This document shows, one piece after another, positions 1-11,778 of a stretch of 64,000 bases of DNA (position 1 is the stretch's first letter; each line of letters starts with the position of its first letter). The DNA comes from Lytechinus pictus. Its lineage: Eukaryota. The notes beneath the pieces are model-generated. The model was not told the origin of the DNA and did no database searches. It saw only the letters and a program-made list of their open reading frames with translations. The stretch covers positions 9,488,001 through 9,552,000 of the forward strand of contig NC_087249.1 in NCBI RefSeq assembly GCF_037042905.1. Direction: 5' to 3'. The translations under genes and the position numbers were made by a program.

Positions 1-3000
1 AACTGATCGATTTCCGGACTCTGAACTTCTAAACCAGACATTGTCCATTGTTAATGTTAACCTAAATGTTCAATGTTGATTATTTCTGCTGAAATGTTGA
101 TTCATACCAGACATCTCATATTTTTAGTCATGTTCTTGTCAGTATTAGTGTATTTGTTATGCAGCAGCAAAAGGTAAATTTCCCGTATAGGGATAATAAG
201 GTCTTCAATTTAAATAAATTTATTCAATTCAATATAAGGTTAAAGGAACATTCATGCATCATGATGGCATAGACGGTAGACTTTAGTAAATACCTGAAAA
301 TGCTTTGTTATTATTTTAGCTCGGGGTCATACTGAGGGACATTTGTTTTCGGGAAAAGTGAAAAAAGGTGAAAGATAACCTTTTTATGATTATTATTTGC
401 ACCAAGATCGTTTGCACCGTAAAAGTTCAAACTCTTCACCTTTAATTAGGTTGATAATATTGATGTCAAGAAAGATTGACATTTCCACCTTCCTTACATG
501 GTTAATCTCTGCACCATTTTACCTTAGAACTCAAGGTGCACAAAATTAATAATCTTGCTTTTATTGATCAATATCTGACTTATTTGCGTCCAAGTCACTC
601 GTTACATTTCTACGTAATCTACTTTTATAAAAATCATTATCATCATTATTATTAATTTTTATTGTTGTTATTATCATTTTCTTCTTAAATATGAATTTTA
701 TGCCGTTGCTGACATCATAATGAATTGGGCGCGGATGCTATAGTCTATATGGAAAAGGTAGAAAAGATGAAGAATTTAGTGGAATAGTCACGAGAGGGGG
801 CTATACATAGTTTTTGCCAGTCTGTTGATCATGAATGCACAAGCATGACATGCTCTGCTCCGTGAGGATTCAATCATTTTCAACCTACTTTATTTTACGA
901 CATCGGTATACTAGTTAATCCTGACTTATTTCGATGGAATTGAAAATAAACGCGAATTGAAATACCATGAAATTATCACGCCACCGATCGAGTGATGGAT
1001 AATTACAAAATAAACAATATTTGTCATTTGGCCTACTAGCTAGGTTGAAATTTATTGCAATATTTATTTTATTTATTTCATTTTATTTATTTATTTTTAT
1101 TTTTATTTTTATTATTATTATTATTATTATTTTTTTTTTTTTTGGGGGGGGGGACTGTCGAGCCAAAAAAGACCTTCGACAACAAAAGCAGAGGCCGCAC
1201 ATTGAAGTGTACTGACATTGACCACCCCCATGACAATTATACATAGTAATTTGTATGTATTTAAGATCAGGCTCTCATGCAGCGAGACTTAACCCCGGGG
1301 ACTTAGCTTCATTTTTTAAATTATATTTGTTTCCTACGATATTCCCTTTTGACTTTTCTTAAACAGGTCTAATACTGGCTGAATAAATGGCCTATGACTC
1401 CTTGTGAAAGCACAAAAAAAAAAACTCGACCCATGGAATGGGAGAATCATGGTAACGATCTATTAATGACCAATATTATAACATTATTTTGTTCCCAAAG
1501 ACTTTCATGTCTTAAATACTTTCTTCAAAGAAGTTTGTTTACTACCCGTGGGCCTAAGTACGAATAAGACATGTAAGAGGTGTGATATACATATACGAAA
1601 TATACCGTGGAACAGTCTCTCCATATATATCTAAGAACGATCCTCAGATAGTAGCCAAATTTTTTTTTTTAGGGGGCTATATACCTGGCGTATAGGGAAA
1701 GATTTTAAAGAATGCAAGCAGGCGAATAAAACTTTTGACCCTTTCAATAAAAATAATCTAAATTTATGATACACTAGTATTATGACATACTTTTCAGAAA
1801 ATGATACCACATTTCGCCCCTGTCCCTTTCCTTTTTAATTTATTCCTTATTTTTCTTAGTCGTGAAACTTTTTTTTTTTTTGGGGGGGGCATATGAATCA
1901 AGCTCTAGGCTTATGTTGTCGCATTTCGTATTACAGTATACTTTTACATATTATCTATGTAATCTCATACATGGTATTCATAATTCCATTGTGAAATAAA
2001 TAAAATAATAGTAATATAGGATTTGTATAGCGTATACGTATCCACCTTGCTAGGTGCTCAAGGTGCTCCTATATTTTTTCCGGCTAAGCCCTAGTCTACT
2101 GATTCTGGTGCGCACAGATTTTTGAGAAATTGCTTACTGCCGGTGAACAATTAAATTTTTCAATTCAATTAAATTAAATTCAATTCTTTATTCCATTTCC
2201 ATTCAAAACATAATGAAAAGTAATATAAAGTAATACAAATCAAATACAATTTTACAGACGAGCATTCTTACTTCGTAAAACAAAAAACAGTATAATATTG
2301 AGCATAAATGGAAATGAGGGGGGTCCACTAAAAAGCAAAGCTTGTAAAGTGTGGACCCCCCTTGGAAATGAAGAAAATATAATCGACTTATTCATATATC
2401 CGTTTATATACACTACAGGAAAGAAAAAAGAGAAGGAACAAAAAGGTCGAAATCATATTGATATAAGCATAATTACAGAACAAGTGCAAAGTTGTTCACA
2501 CAAAGAGGTCTTTGCTGTTAAGGATATGGTGCGCAATAGACAGAAGAAAAAGCAGAAAGAGGGAGGGAATGACAAGACATAGAAGACAAGACAAAACAAG
2601 AGACAGGACAAAACAAGAGACAGGACAGTACAAGACATGATAACAAAATAAGTATTAAAAAAATTAAAAGGAGGAAAAGTCAGAATGGGGAAGGGCTGAC
2701 CACAAACCAGCTTGATCTGGTGAAGTAACAAAAAATGATATAACTGGACAATATAAGATGAAAAAAAAGATAAAGCAATAAGAATGAAAAATGTAAGGAT
2801 GATAAGGATGATAAATCAATGAATGAATAAATAAATAAACAAATAAATAAATAGATAAATAAAAAAATTAATAAACGAATAAATAGATTAATTAATTAAC
2901 AATTAATTAATTAATAAATTGATATTGATCAAGATCAATTAGGGAGGATCAGCGGGGGGTTTGGTAGGGAGCCGATCCGGGGGGGGGGGGCAAGGTTGTT

Positions 3001-3008
3001 AGGATATG

Positions 3009-3958
3009 CAGCGGCGTAACAGGGGTCGGTGGCCAGGGGGGGCAAGAGCCAAAAATTTCCCGGTCATATCATGGAACAGGCAATGGCGTCATAAGGCAAA
3101 AATTTTGAGGAGACGATATGGCGTATCGGGCAAATATATATATATATAAGCAAGCGAGAATTTTTTTTTTGACATTTTTATTGCAAAAATCAAATTTTGT
3201 GATAGATTTTGACATAATGTTAAAAAGATGATATCATATTCACCCTCCTTTTTTCTCTCATTTTTGTACGCCACGGTGAACAGGATTTTTGTTGTGATTG
3301 TGAGCATCAGGGCGAAGCTCTATATGCTCGAGGGGGGGCGAGTATGGCGCTTCTGGCAAGAAGTAGCTTAATATAGGTCCCGAGCGAGCGAAGCGAGCGA
3401 GATAAAAAAAAGCACATTTTCATGAGAATCTAACATGAAGATACATTTTAACGTCATATTCAGAAAAATATAATACACTTTCCTTTCTTTCCTCATTTTT
3501 TTTGTTTGGTTGTAGAACTTTTGGGGGCCATGGTCCAAACTCATCCATATAACAGTGCTTTATGGGTGGGGTCCAGGGCAGAGCCCCGGAACCTCTTGAT
3601 ATCAAAGCCATTTTAAACCTTACAGATGGCCACTTATTTTAATCAAATTGCGTGTATATTTATATAGCTTTAACACAACACATAAATTCAATGCAGTTGT
3701 GTATCGTAATCATCTTTCTCACTTGTTCTTTTTTCCTTCCTTTTCCCGTTTTCTTTCCGTTTTCCCTTTTTTATGTTTTTTCTTAGTTTTCTTTTCCCTT
3801 TTCCTTTCCCTTTCCCCTTCCCCTTTCCCCTTTTTTCTTTCCTTTCTCTCTTTCTTCCCCCTTTTTTTTCTTTTTCCTTTTTTTTTTAATTTTCCCGGTG
3901 AGCTCCGCCAGGGGGGGGGGGGGGGGCAGCTTGCCCCCCCCCGCCTGTTACGCCACTG
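3009..3958. mobile_element. hAT-like non-autonomous element
   Basis: TIRs cagcggcgtaac / gttacgccactg. 8-bp TSD aggatatg / aggctatg with one mismatch. Confidence 0.75.
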
Positions 3959-4053
3959 AGGCTATGTAATATATTTTAAAAATGTTGATGGCTTCAATTC
4001 ATTTATCAACTATTTGTCTTTTGAGTACATATGAAAAATCTCTCTATTTTTTG

Positions 4054-4198
4054 CAGGGGCGCATCCAGGATTTTCCAAAGGGGGGGGGCAATTTTTAATG
4101 GCATTTTACATTACAAATTTTTAATTTTGCTTCTCAAAAGGGGGGGGGGGACACATGCCCCCTGTGTCCCCCCTGTGTCCCCCCTGAATCCGCGCCTG
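4054..4198. mobile_element. Small hAT-like MITE
   Basis: Termini caggggcgcatccagg / cctgaatccgcgcctg. Perfect 8-bp TSD attttttg. Confidence 0.75.
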
Positions 4199-5828
4199 AT
4201 TTTTTGTTATGAATATTTGAAGAGAGTTTGCACTTAATGTATATAATAGTACGTTATTAGCATCAATATCATCTATAACTACTAGTATGTTTTGGAAGAT
4301 GGAGTTTCAATGAACACTCAATAATTATTTTTTTAAAGAATTATATTAGCAATTTTTTTAAAATCATAAATCATATCACAAAGAAAGAACAGAAATATAT
4401 AGTGTTAAGTATATGAACTGTCAATGTATCTCTTATTTGTAAAGAGATTATATTTCATTTGCTATACGTATTTTATTTTGTTCATGTAAAAATTTGAAGT
4501 TATTATCAAAACTTTTGAAGTTATTATCAAAATTGTAACCCCCCCCCAAAAAAAAAACGCATGCGCAATGCAATGCCACTTGTACTTTGCGGGACGTCTC
4601 AACGTTGCCAGAACTGGCATAATTATGCTTTCTGGCATAATTTCGACCCTTTCTTGTCTTGTCTTGTCTTGGGTTAAGTCGGCATATGCAGACTTGCTGT
4701 ACTCCGCCAACTCAGCATAATTCATTATGCCAGCATAATTCATTATGCCGGCATAATTAGACTTTTTTTTTGGCATAATTTCGACCCTTTCAGCATAATT
4801 TGGGGCATAATTAGGCTGTTTTAAGCAAAGAATCTTGCATAATAATAGCATATTTGATCTATTTGAAGATTGAAGACCTTTTTTTTTTGCTTAAATTTTT
4901 TTGGCGGACGGTTTTGCCCCCCCTGTGGAAAATCCTAGGGTCCAAAACGGTTTGGCATAATTTTTCGTGATTTAGCATAATTTCGCTGCTCCTCTGGCAT
5001 AATTTGATTTTTTTCACTGGCCACGTAGCTTAGCTGGGACGTCTGCCGAGCTAGCCAGATTTATGAGTACCGTCCGGGTAGCAGAAAACGGACGATATCA
5101 GCTCAGCCGATGTCAAGAAGTGGAATAACTGTATTTTATCGATGAAAAAGAGGTGACACAATAACTATTTTTTTTTCTGTAAAAATTATATAAATTCGTT
5201 TTTCACGAGTGGAATATTTACGTTAGTTTTAATATCTAGTCCCGTGTACTGATTTTCATGTTGTGATGACTGATATGCAGATCTTCTTCATCTCGACAAC
5301 GGCGGCTGTGCATGTGCTAGCCCACTCTAGGCGACACCCACTCATGGGATCAATGCATCTCGCGTGCGAAGGATTCATATGCACATGTAGACAGGAATAA
5401 CCGTCGTTTCTGGGGATTTATTCAACAATTTCTGACATTTTACTGTAATCCCCATTAACCGACGGTAGGGTATACGTGTGGGCTCGCATGTTTTCTCATT
5501 CCCACCCTTTTGTCAATTCACAGTCCAAAGTTTGATGTAATTTTACACATCGAATTTACAATCTAAGGATGTATAGCCATCAAACTTTTAAACCATGATA
5601 TTTAGTGAAGACAATATTTTAAACGATATAGATTAAAAGGCATGAAAAATTATACTTTACCGATGTTTAATTGGGTTGAACACGATCAAAATAGTCAATA
5701 TGGCAGCCAAACTGTGAAATATTTACAAACGAACGGAGAGGGCGTCAACAATCACGAATGTGATATCGATATTGCTTTCGATATTATACGATCTGCTCCT
5801 TATGCGAGCGAAACCGCTACGATCACAA

Positions 5829-6191
5829 GTAGCAGACGACAATCAAACGATCACTTTAGTTCAAGCAGCATAAACGAAAGGCCTGCATGATGGATGCTGT
5901 AGCCAAGGGGATATTCGGGGAACACTTCACTCTCAAGCCTGACCAGCGGGAAGCGCTACAGTGTTTGGAGGACGGGAGAGACCTAGATGTCCAGGGGGTA
6001 GATGTCCTAGAATCCCAGTGGGGAGCTGGACCCACAGGTCTCTCCCGTCCTCCAAACACTGTAGCGCTTCCCGCTGGTCAGGCTTGAGAGTGAAGTGTTC
6101 CCCGAATATCCCCTTGGCTACAGCATCCATCATGCAGGCCTTTCGTTTATGCTGCTTGAACTAAAGTGATCGTTTGATTGTCGTCTGCTAC
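5829..6191. repeat. Inverted duplication: 156-bp arms (5829-5984 and 6036-6191) with a 51-bp spacer
   Basis: The arms are reverse complements, and mirrored ORFs appear on both strands in the ORF track. Confidence 0.92.
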
Positions 6192-7206
6192 GATTCTAGG
6201 ACATCTACCCCCTGGACATCCACCCCCCGGACATCTACCACCCGGACATCCACCCCCCGGACATCCACCCCCTTAGGACATCTACCCCCTAGGACAAGTA
6301 CCCCCTAGGACATCTACCCCCCGGACATTTACCCCCCGGACAAGTACCCCCCGGACATCTACCCCCCGGACATCTACCCCCCGGACATCTACCCCCCGGA
6401 CAATTACCCCCCGGACATCTACCCCCCGGACATCTACCCCCGGACATTTACCCCCCGGACATCTACCCCCCGGACATCTACCCCCCGGACAATTACCCCC
6501 CGGACATCTACCCCCCGGACATCTACCCCCGGACATTTACCCCCCGGACATCTACCCCCCGGACATCTACCCCCCGGACATCTACCCCCCGGACATCTAC
6601 CCCCCGGACATTTACCCCCCCCCCCAGACAGGCTACCCCCGGGCATCTACTCACGGATATTTTGGATACGGGGGGGTAAATGTCCGGGGGGTAGATGTCC
6701 GGGGGGTAGATGTCCGGGGGGTAGATGTCCGGGGGGTAGATGTCCGGGGGGTAGATGTCCGGGGGGTAGATGTCCGGGGGGTAGATGTCCGGGGGGGTAG
6801 ATGTCCGGAGGGTAGATGTCCGGAGGGTAGATGTCCGGGGGGTAGATGTCCGGGGGGTAGATGTCCGGGGGGTAATTGTCCGGGGGGTAATTGTCCGGGG
6901 GGTAATTGTCCGGGGGGTGGATGTCCGGGGGGTGGATGTCCGGGGGGTGGATGTCCGGGGGGTGGATGTCCGGGGGGGTGGATGTCCGGGTGGTGGATGT
7001 CCGGGGGGTAAATGTCCGGGGGGTAGATGTCCTAGGGGGTACTTGTCCTAGGGGGTAGATGTCCTAAGGGGGTGGATGTCCGGGGGGTGGATGTCCGGGT
7101 GGTGGATGTCCGGGGGGTGGATGTCCAGGGGGTAGATGTCCGGATACGCCCCACTGGACATGGAAAGTCGGCGATTTTCACCGTCTTTCCGATATGGAAA
7201 TCAAAG
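5887..7206 (+). pseudogene. Disrupted RecQ-family (SF2) helicase first exon, probably transposon-borne
   Basis: Reassembling 5887-5984 + revcomp(6015-6035) + 7158-7206 gives MMDAVAKGIFGEHFTLKPDQREALQCLEDGRDLWVQLPTGHGKSAIFTVFPIWKSK. This has a Q-motif-like segment and the RecQ-type Walker A LPTGxGKS, followed by a donor-like aag|gttatt. No downstream helicase exons were recognised. Confidence 0.75.
6192..7148. mobile_element. Foldback element whose arms are tandem 15-mers (GGACATCTACCCCCC / GGGGGGTAGATGTCC)
   Basis: Two oppositely oriented arrays of the 15-mer flank a short unique centre (about 6625-6668). The 9-bp target duplication CCCCACTGG is at 7149-7157 and, inverted, at 6015-6023. Confidence 0.85.
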
Positions 7207-8761
7207 GTTATTAATTTTTTAATAGGCCTACTTTATTATAAAATATTGGGAAAATGATAACTACCGTAGTATTAACTTTGACATTCAAAATGCAGCTTTC
7301 ATCGTTTAGACCCAGATCTAGGTTTGTGGATCACTTAAATTCAAGCAGTATAAACATATTTATACTACATAATCGTTTCAATTGAATATCAAATGGCACT
7401 AAAACACTTATATGATGCTATATCTGCATACTAGTCTAACACTGAACATAAAATGAGTGAAAAAATGATTTTAACAGAAAATATTTTTATAGGTTAGAAG
7501 TTCCCATAGACCACTACTCCAACTGACCAGACATACAGTCCCAGTTAAATCAAATACACAATTTATTACGTTTATTTACACCTTATTCTTTCTATTCTTC
7601 TTTCATTTTACACTATTTATTTTGTGTTGGGCTATTCTGATGACTGGCCACATTGAATGCATTTGTTTATTTCAATGTTTTTAAATCTTTTCTATGTGAA
7701 CACTGACTGAAATTAAGTATAACGTCGATTATTGCAATCCACACAGTCAAGTCCTGGATCTTCTCGTATAGGCCTATACGTTCAAATCGCTGTACAGAGT
7801 TGCTATGATTGTCGTCTCAGGGGGATATGAGTCAATTTTGAAAAGACATTTCCAACATCTTTATACCTATCATATTTAAATGTCTGATTAAGAAACCTTC
7901 AAACACCCCCCCCCCCAAAAAAAAAAGGGGGAACAAACTCTAAGAAATGATGTTAAAATTCTGCAATAGCTATCTATTCAAAGTGTTATTTGAGGGCTCC
8001 AATTATAGGCTTTATCATCGAACCATTCAAATTTGAAGGAAAGGGGAGTGTCTCCTTTGCGTCGCTATTATCACCACAATAGAGGCTATACTGCTTGTTT
8101 AAGACGACTCGTAATATTAGATCCATATTGACCTTTATACTCTCATGTAGGACCTTTAGGTCTAACTATTCTAAAAACGCAAAACTTTAAAGACAATCAG
8201 ACCAATTAATGCTACACAGAGTGAACGCCAATTCAGATCCACCCAATCGGCTGGCAAGAAAAAAAAGGAGAGAAAGAGAAAGGAAGAAAGAAAGTGGGGT
8301 TAAAGAAGAATTATTGTCGACCTATGTTATAATGATAATAATAATGGATGTGTAATGCGCCAAATCCACTCGGCAGGGTGCCCGAGGCGCAGTGAAAGAA
8401 AGAAAAACACAGAGAGAAAAATACAAAGTATGTTATAATATATGAAATTATATTACGTGTATTTTTATTTCAGAACTATTTATGAAACATAATTTGCTTA
8501 AATGTTAGTCCCTACTGGTGCTTGCGTTGTCTGTTTGATGAGATAAATAATCCTGTTTAAGGAGATTAAATGGTTCTAAATCATCCCGTTTCCAAGTCCA
8601 TAAATATACACCAAATATATTTCCTTGTATTCGGATTTTTCAAAATTATTGTATGTAGTGACATTGATTTTTTTTAATGACTACTACATTTGCCGCATTT
8701 AAGGTCTAAATATAAAACATTTCCAGTCCGTGCTTACGTTGACATTAGTGCATTGGCCATA

Positions 8762-9195
8762 CAGTGGCGTACCGTGTGTCACGGCATGGGGGGACCAGCA
8801 AAACAAAATGAGTATACTAATAGAGGCATTCTAAGGGCAGTGCCATTAAACGGATATGTATATTACTGATAAAAAATAATGCGAGCGCCAAGCGCGAGCT
8901 GAAAATCTTTGATATTCAGACCTAAAAAGGGACACAAGCATTTTTTTGTAATTATGATACGTGCCCGTCTCGCTAAACAATGCAAAACTGCTGAAATGTT
9001 TGTATTTATTGACCCCAAACAGGGACATTTTAAGGACAATAGGCCTATTTTAGGAATCCATATCCATGTACATATCTCAAAAGCTACGTTTCTCTTCCCT
9101 TCTCCCTCTTTTTCTCCTTTTCCCGTTTTTTAAATATTTTTGCCAGCCGAGGGGGGGGGGGGGGTGCCCCCATGTCCCCCGTAGTCACTCCACTG
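8762..9195. mobile_element. CAGTGGCG-type MITE
   Basis: cagtggcgtac ... gtcactccactg termini with a GC-run subterminal structure like 3009-3958. No TSD evident. Confidence 0.5.
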
Positions 9196-9635
9196 ATTGG
9201 TGAGATATGTCTACTCTTCATGACACGAGCGTAAATCCAGAGGGGGGTGGGGGTATGCATCCCCTCCCCCCACACTTTTCAACACAGAAAAAAAATATTC
9301 TTTAATTATCAAATGGTCAATAACTTTTAGTATGTGGATTTATCTTTAAATGCAGTCAAGGTGCTTAAATTGGCCAAGTTTTTCCATTTTAAAGATGAAA
9401 AATTTCTCACTCGGCCGCTCTGCCCCGCGCTTAATCTAATTTGGCCTTGACAATCACTACGTTTAGCTTATTGCAGAGGTTAATTTATATCCACTGCGTA
9501 ATGGGAATATGTTTATAATAATTCAATTTTTTAATATAAGATTCCAATGACTTTTAAATATGATGATAACTATGGACCTTAAACGAATCAAACATCCTTT
9601 AAATATACACTTTCGTGAATATGGGGGAGGGGCTG

Positions 9636-10022
9636 TCATAACTTGGAATCTCTGTGGAAGCGCAGGAATTTTTCACCAAAATATAGGCTCAGTCTTCTTC
9701 GTTTCTTCCGAAGAAATGGCGAAGCATAGCTGGTCACTTTCACTTTCCTCCCCAGGTAAACATTGATTCTACTAATTTTCTTTAATTTGGATTTATTTTC
9801 AATTACATTTGAATTGCTTTCAGATAATTTTGAAATTATTCTGCAACATCTGTCGCAAATGAATTTTTTTGATTTTTGATCTGGTGTCACTTTAATTCCC
9901 TATGATTCGACAGCGTCAGCAGTGGTGTAATCACGGTGATCCAATTTTGCATTCAAAGATCTTCTTTTATTAGGATGATTATTCAAATTACGGTCACAAT
10001 TACAACACCAGTAGTCAGCCAT
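9636..10022 (-). pseudogene. Dead CxxC...CxxC zinc-finger-like ORF, possibly a transposon protein N-terminus
   Basis: ATG at 10022 reads MADYWCCNCDRNLNNHPNKRRSLNAKLDHRDYTTADAVES*GIKVTPDQKSKKFICDRCCRIISKL...RKKRRR. It has one in-frame TAG, paired Cys motifs and a basic NLS-like patch. Confidence 0.5.
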
Positions 10023-11495
10023 AATTACTAAAATGAATTAATGAATCAAATAAAATTACCACCAGCAATCAGCACACCTAACGTTATACATGGCAATATA
10101 CGAATAAAATAATACGATACGATACACTACACGAAGATAAACGATACTAGTTATAATCGCGATAAATCGAGACATGAAAAAGTTAATAACGATAATGACG
10201 TCATTCAAGATGGCAACTTGCAAGAAAAACCGTCAGGTCAGGTGAAAATGTCTTAGATGACAGATTTCTCAATCATCCAGAGGATTTTTTTCAATAACTC
10301 CGGCCCAAGGTATGCAATTAGCTTAAGTTATCTATATTACACTGATAATGGAAACCATGAAAATGTCAATTTTGCCTAAAAAAAGTTTTAAATCGCGATC
10401 TATAAAACGCTAGTTCACTATACGTTGGCTGTAGGTAGGGGCCCCCTCCGCTTCAGTCTATGTATGGTGAGTGAGCCAACGCAGTTCAGCGGAACAACCA
10501 AAATACAGAGACTGAAGCTTTTGGTCTAATGCACATGGTGCACGCGAATCTTTCACACACTTTTTACTAAAATAACTATGCCATTCCTTTTTAAATAATG
10601 TTTCTAATTGTGCTATGACACTTACCGAACCATATGGATCGTTTCTTGACTTCTCTTTGGTGTGTTTTTTAATAAAATAAAAGCATTTTCTCGTGATCTT
10701 CACGTAGATGCCGCAGTATGATCGTGGGTATCAACTTTTGCCTAAAGAGGGCGCGCGATATTATTCACAAGACGTTTGTTTACGATCTGCAGCTTGTACT
10801 GCTAGCTGCATTTTAGACGCTCGGCATTATTTTCCTGTTTCTGTTTTTTTTTTTTTTTTGCTGTCAAGCGGTATTTTCGATTGTAGTGCCATCAGCGATG
10901 ATGAAATGTAAAGAGTCGCCTTGTCTGAAGAAAAATTGTGTCACATTAATTCGTTAGTTTGTTTCCTATTTTTTTGCCCTTTTTCTTCTTCCTCATCTAT
11001 GATCAAAGGTGAATACCTTTTTTTGATATCTGTTCTAAAAGCTGGACATTTTAAATATTTTGTTCAAATAAATAAATCAACAGGATAGTAATCAAAATGC
11101 GATAGAGCTGCCCGAGCTGAAAATTCTGATGATACAAGGACTTGAAAATAAAACATTCTGAGCACTTTTTATAACCATGATGAGGAGACCTATATGTATA
11201 TATATATATATATATGTATATTTTCTCAATGAACATTTTCATCTATTTAAAGCTTTGAAAATTAATAAACAACGATTCCATAGGCGAAATCTCAATGATC
11301 ATTAGGAAGGTACTTTACCCATTTTCATTTAATTGTGATTATTCCATACTAAGGCAACATATTTTGGATATGAAAATACGTGAAGGAAATGTTCCTCTTC
11401 TGTTTTATACTTTAACAGAAAACATTTTGTTCAACCAAATTATGATTTGTATTTCCAAGTTCCATGTAGTATTTTCATTGGAAAATCTAAGTTAA

Positions 11496-11760
11496 AGGTC
11501 AAGTGCACCCCAGAAAAAAAATGTTTGAATAAATAGAGAATTATGAAACAAGACTAACGCTGAAAACTTCATCAAAATCGGATGTAAAATAAGAAAGTTA
11601 TGACATATTAAAGTTTCGCTTATTTATCACAAAACAGTTACATGCACAATTCATTGATATAAAAATGAGAGAGTCAATAATGTCACTCACTATTTCTCTT
11701 TTATTGTTCGAATTATACAATATTTCAATTCTCACGACTTTGACCAAATAGGACCCTCTT
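11496..11760. mobile_element. Truncated Kolobok-like (TTAA) MITE
   Basis: Starts ttaa|aggtcaagtgcacccc, the same family as 20105-20707 and 32429-33616. Cut off by the 11779 structure. Confidence 0.65.
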
Positions 11761-11778
11761 TAAGTATATACATGAGAA

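Noticed and set aside
6192..7148. Possible CRISPR-like array
   Set aside because: The repeats are contiguous with no unique spacers, and the context is eukaryotic.
6282..7257. ORFs with GVDVR / PGGRC repeats
   Set aside because: They are translations of the 15-bp tandem repeat, not proteins. Only the last 19 or so codons before 7206 belong to the RecQ remnant.
10441..10520. gcttcagtct / agactgaagc as a transposon terminus for the helicase relic
   Set aside because: It is only a local inverted repeat; no partner was found at the left side of the putative element.
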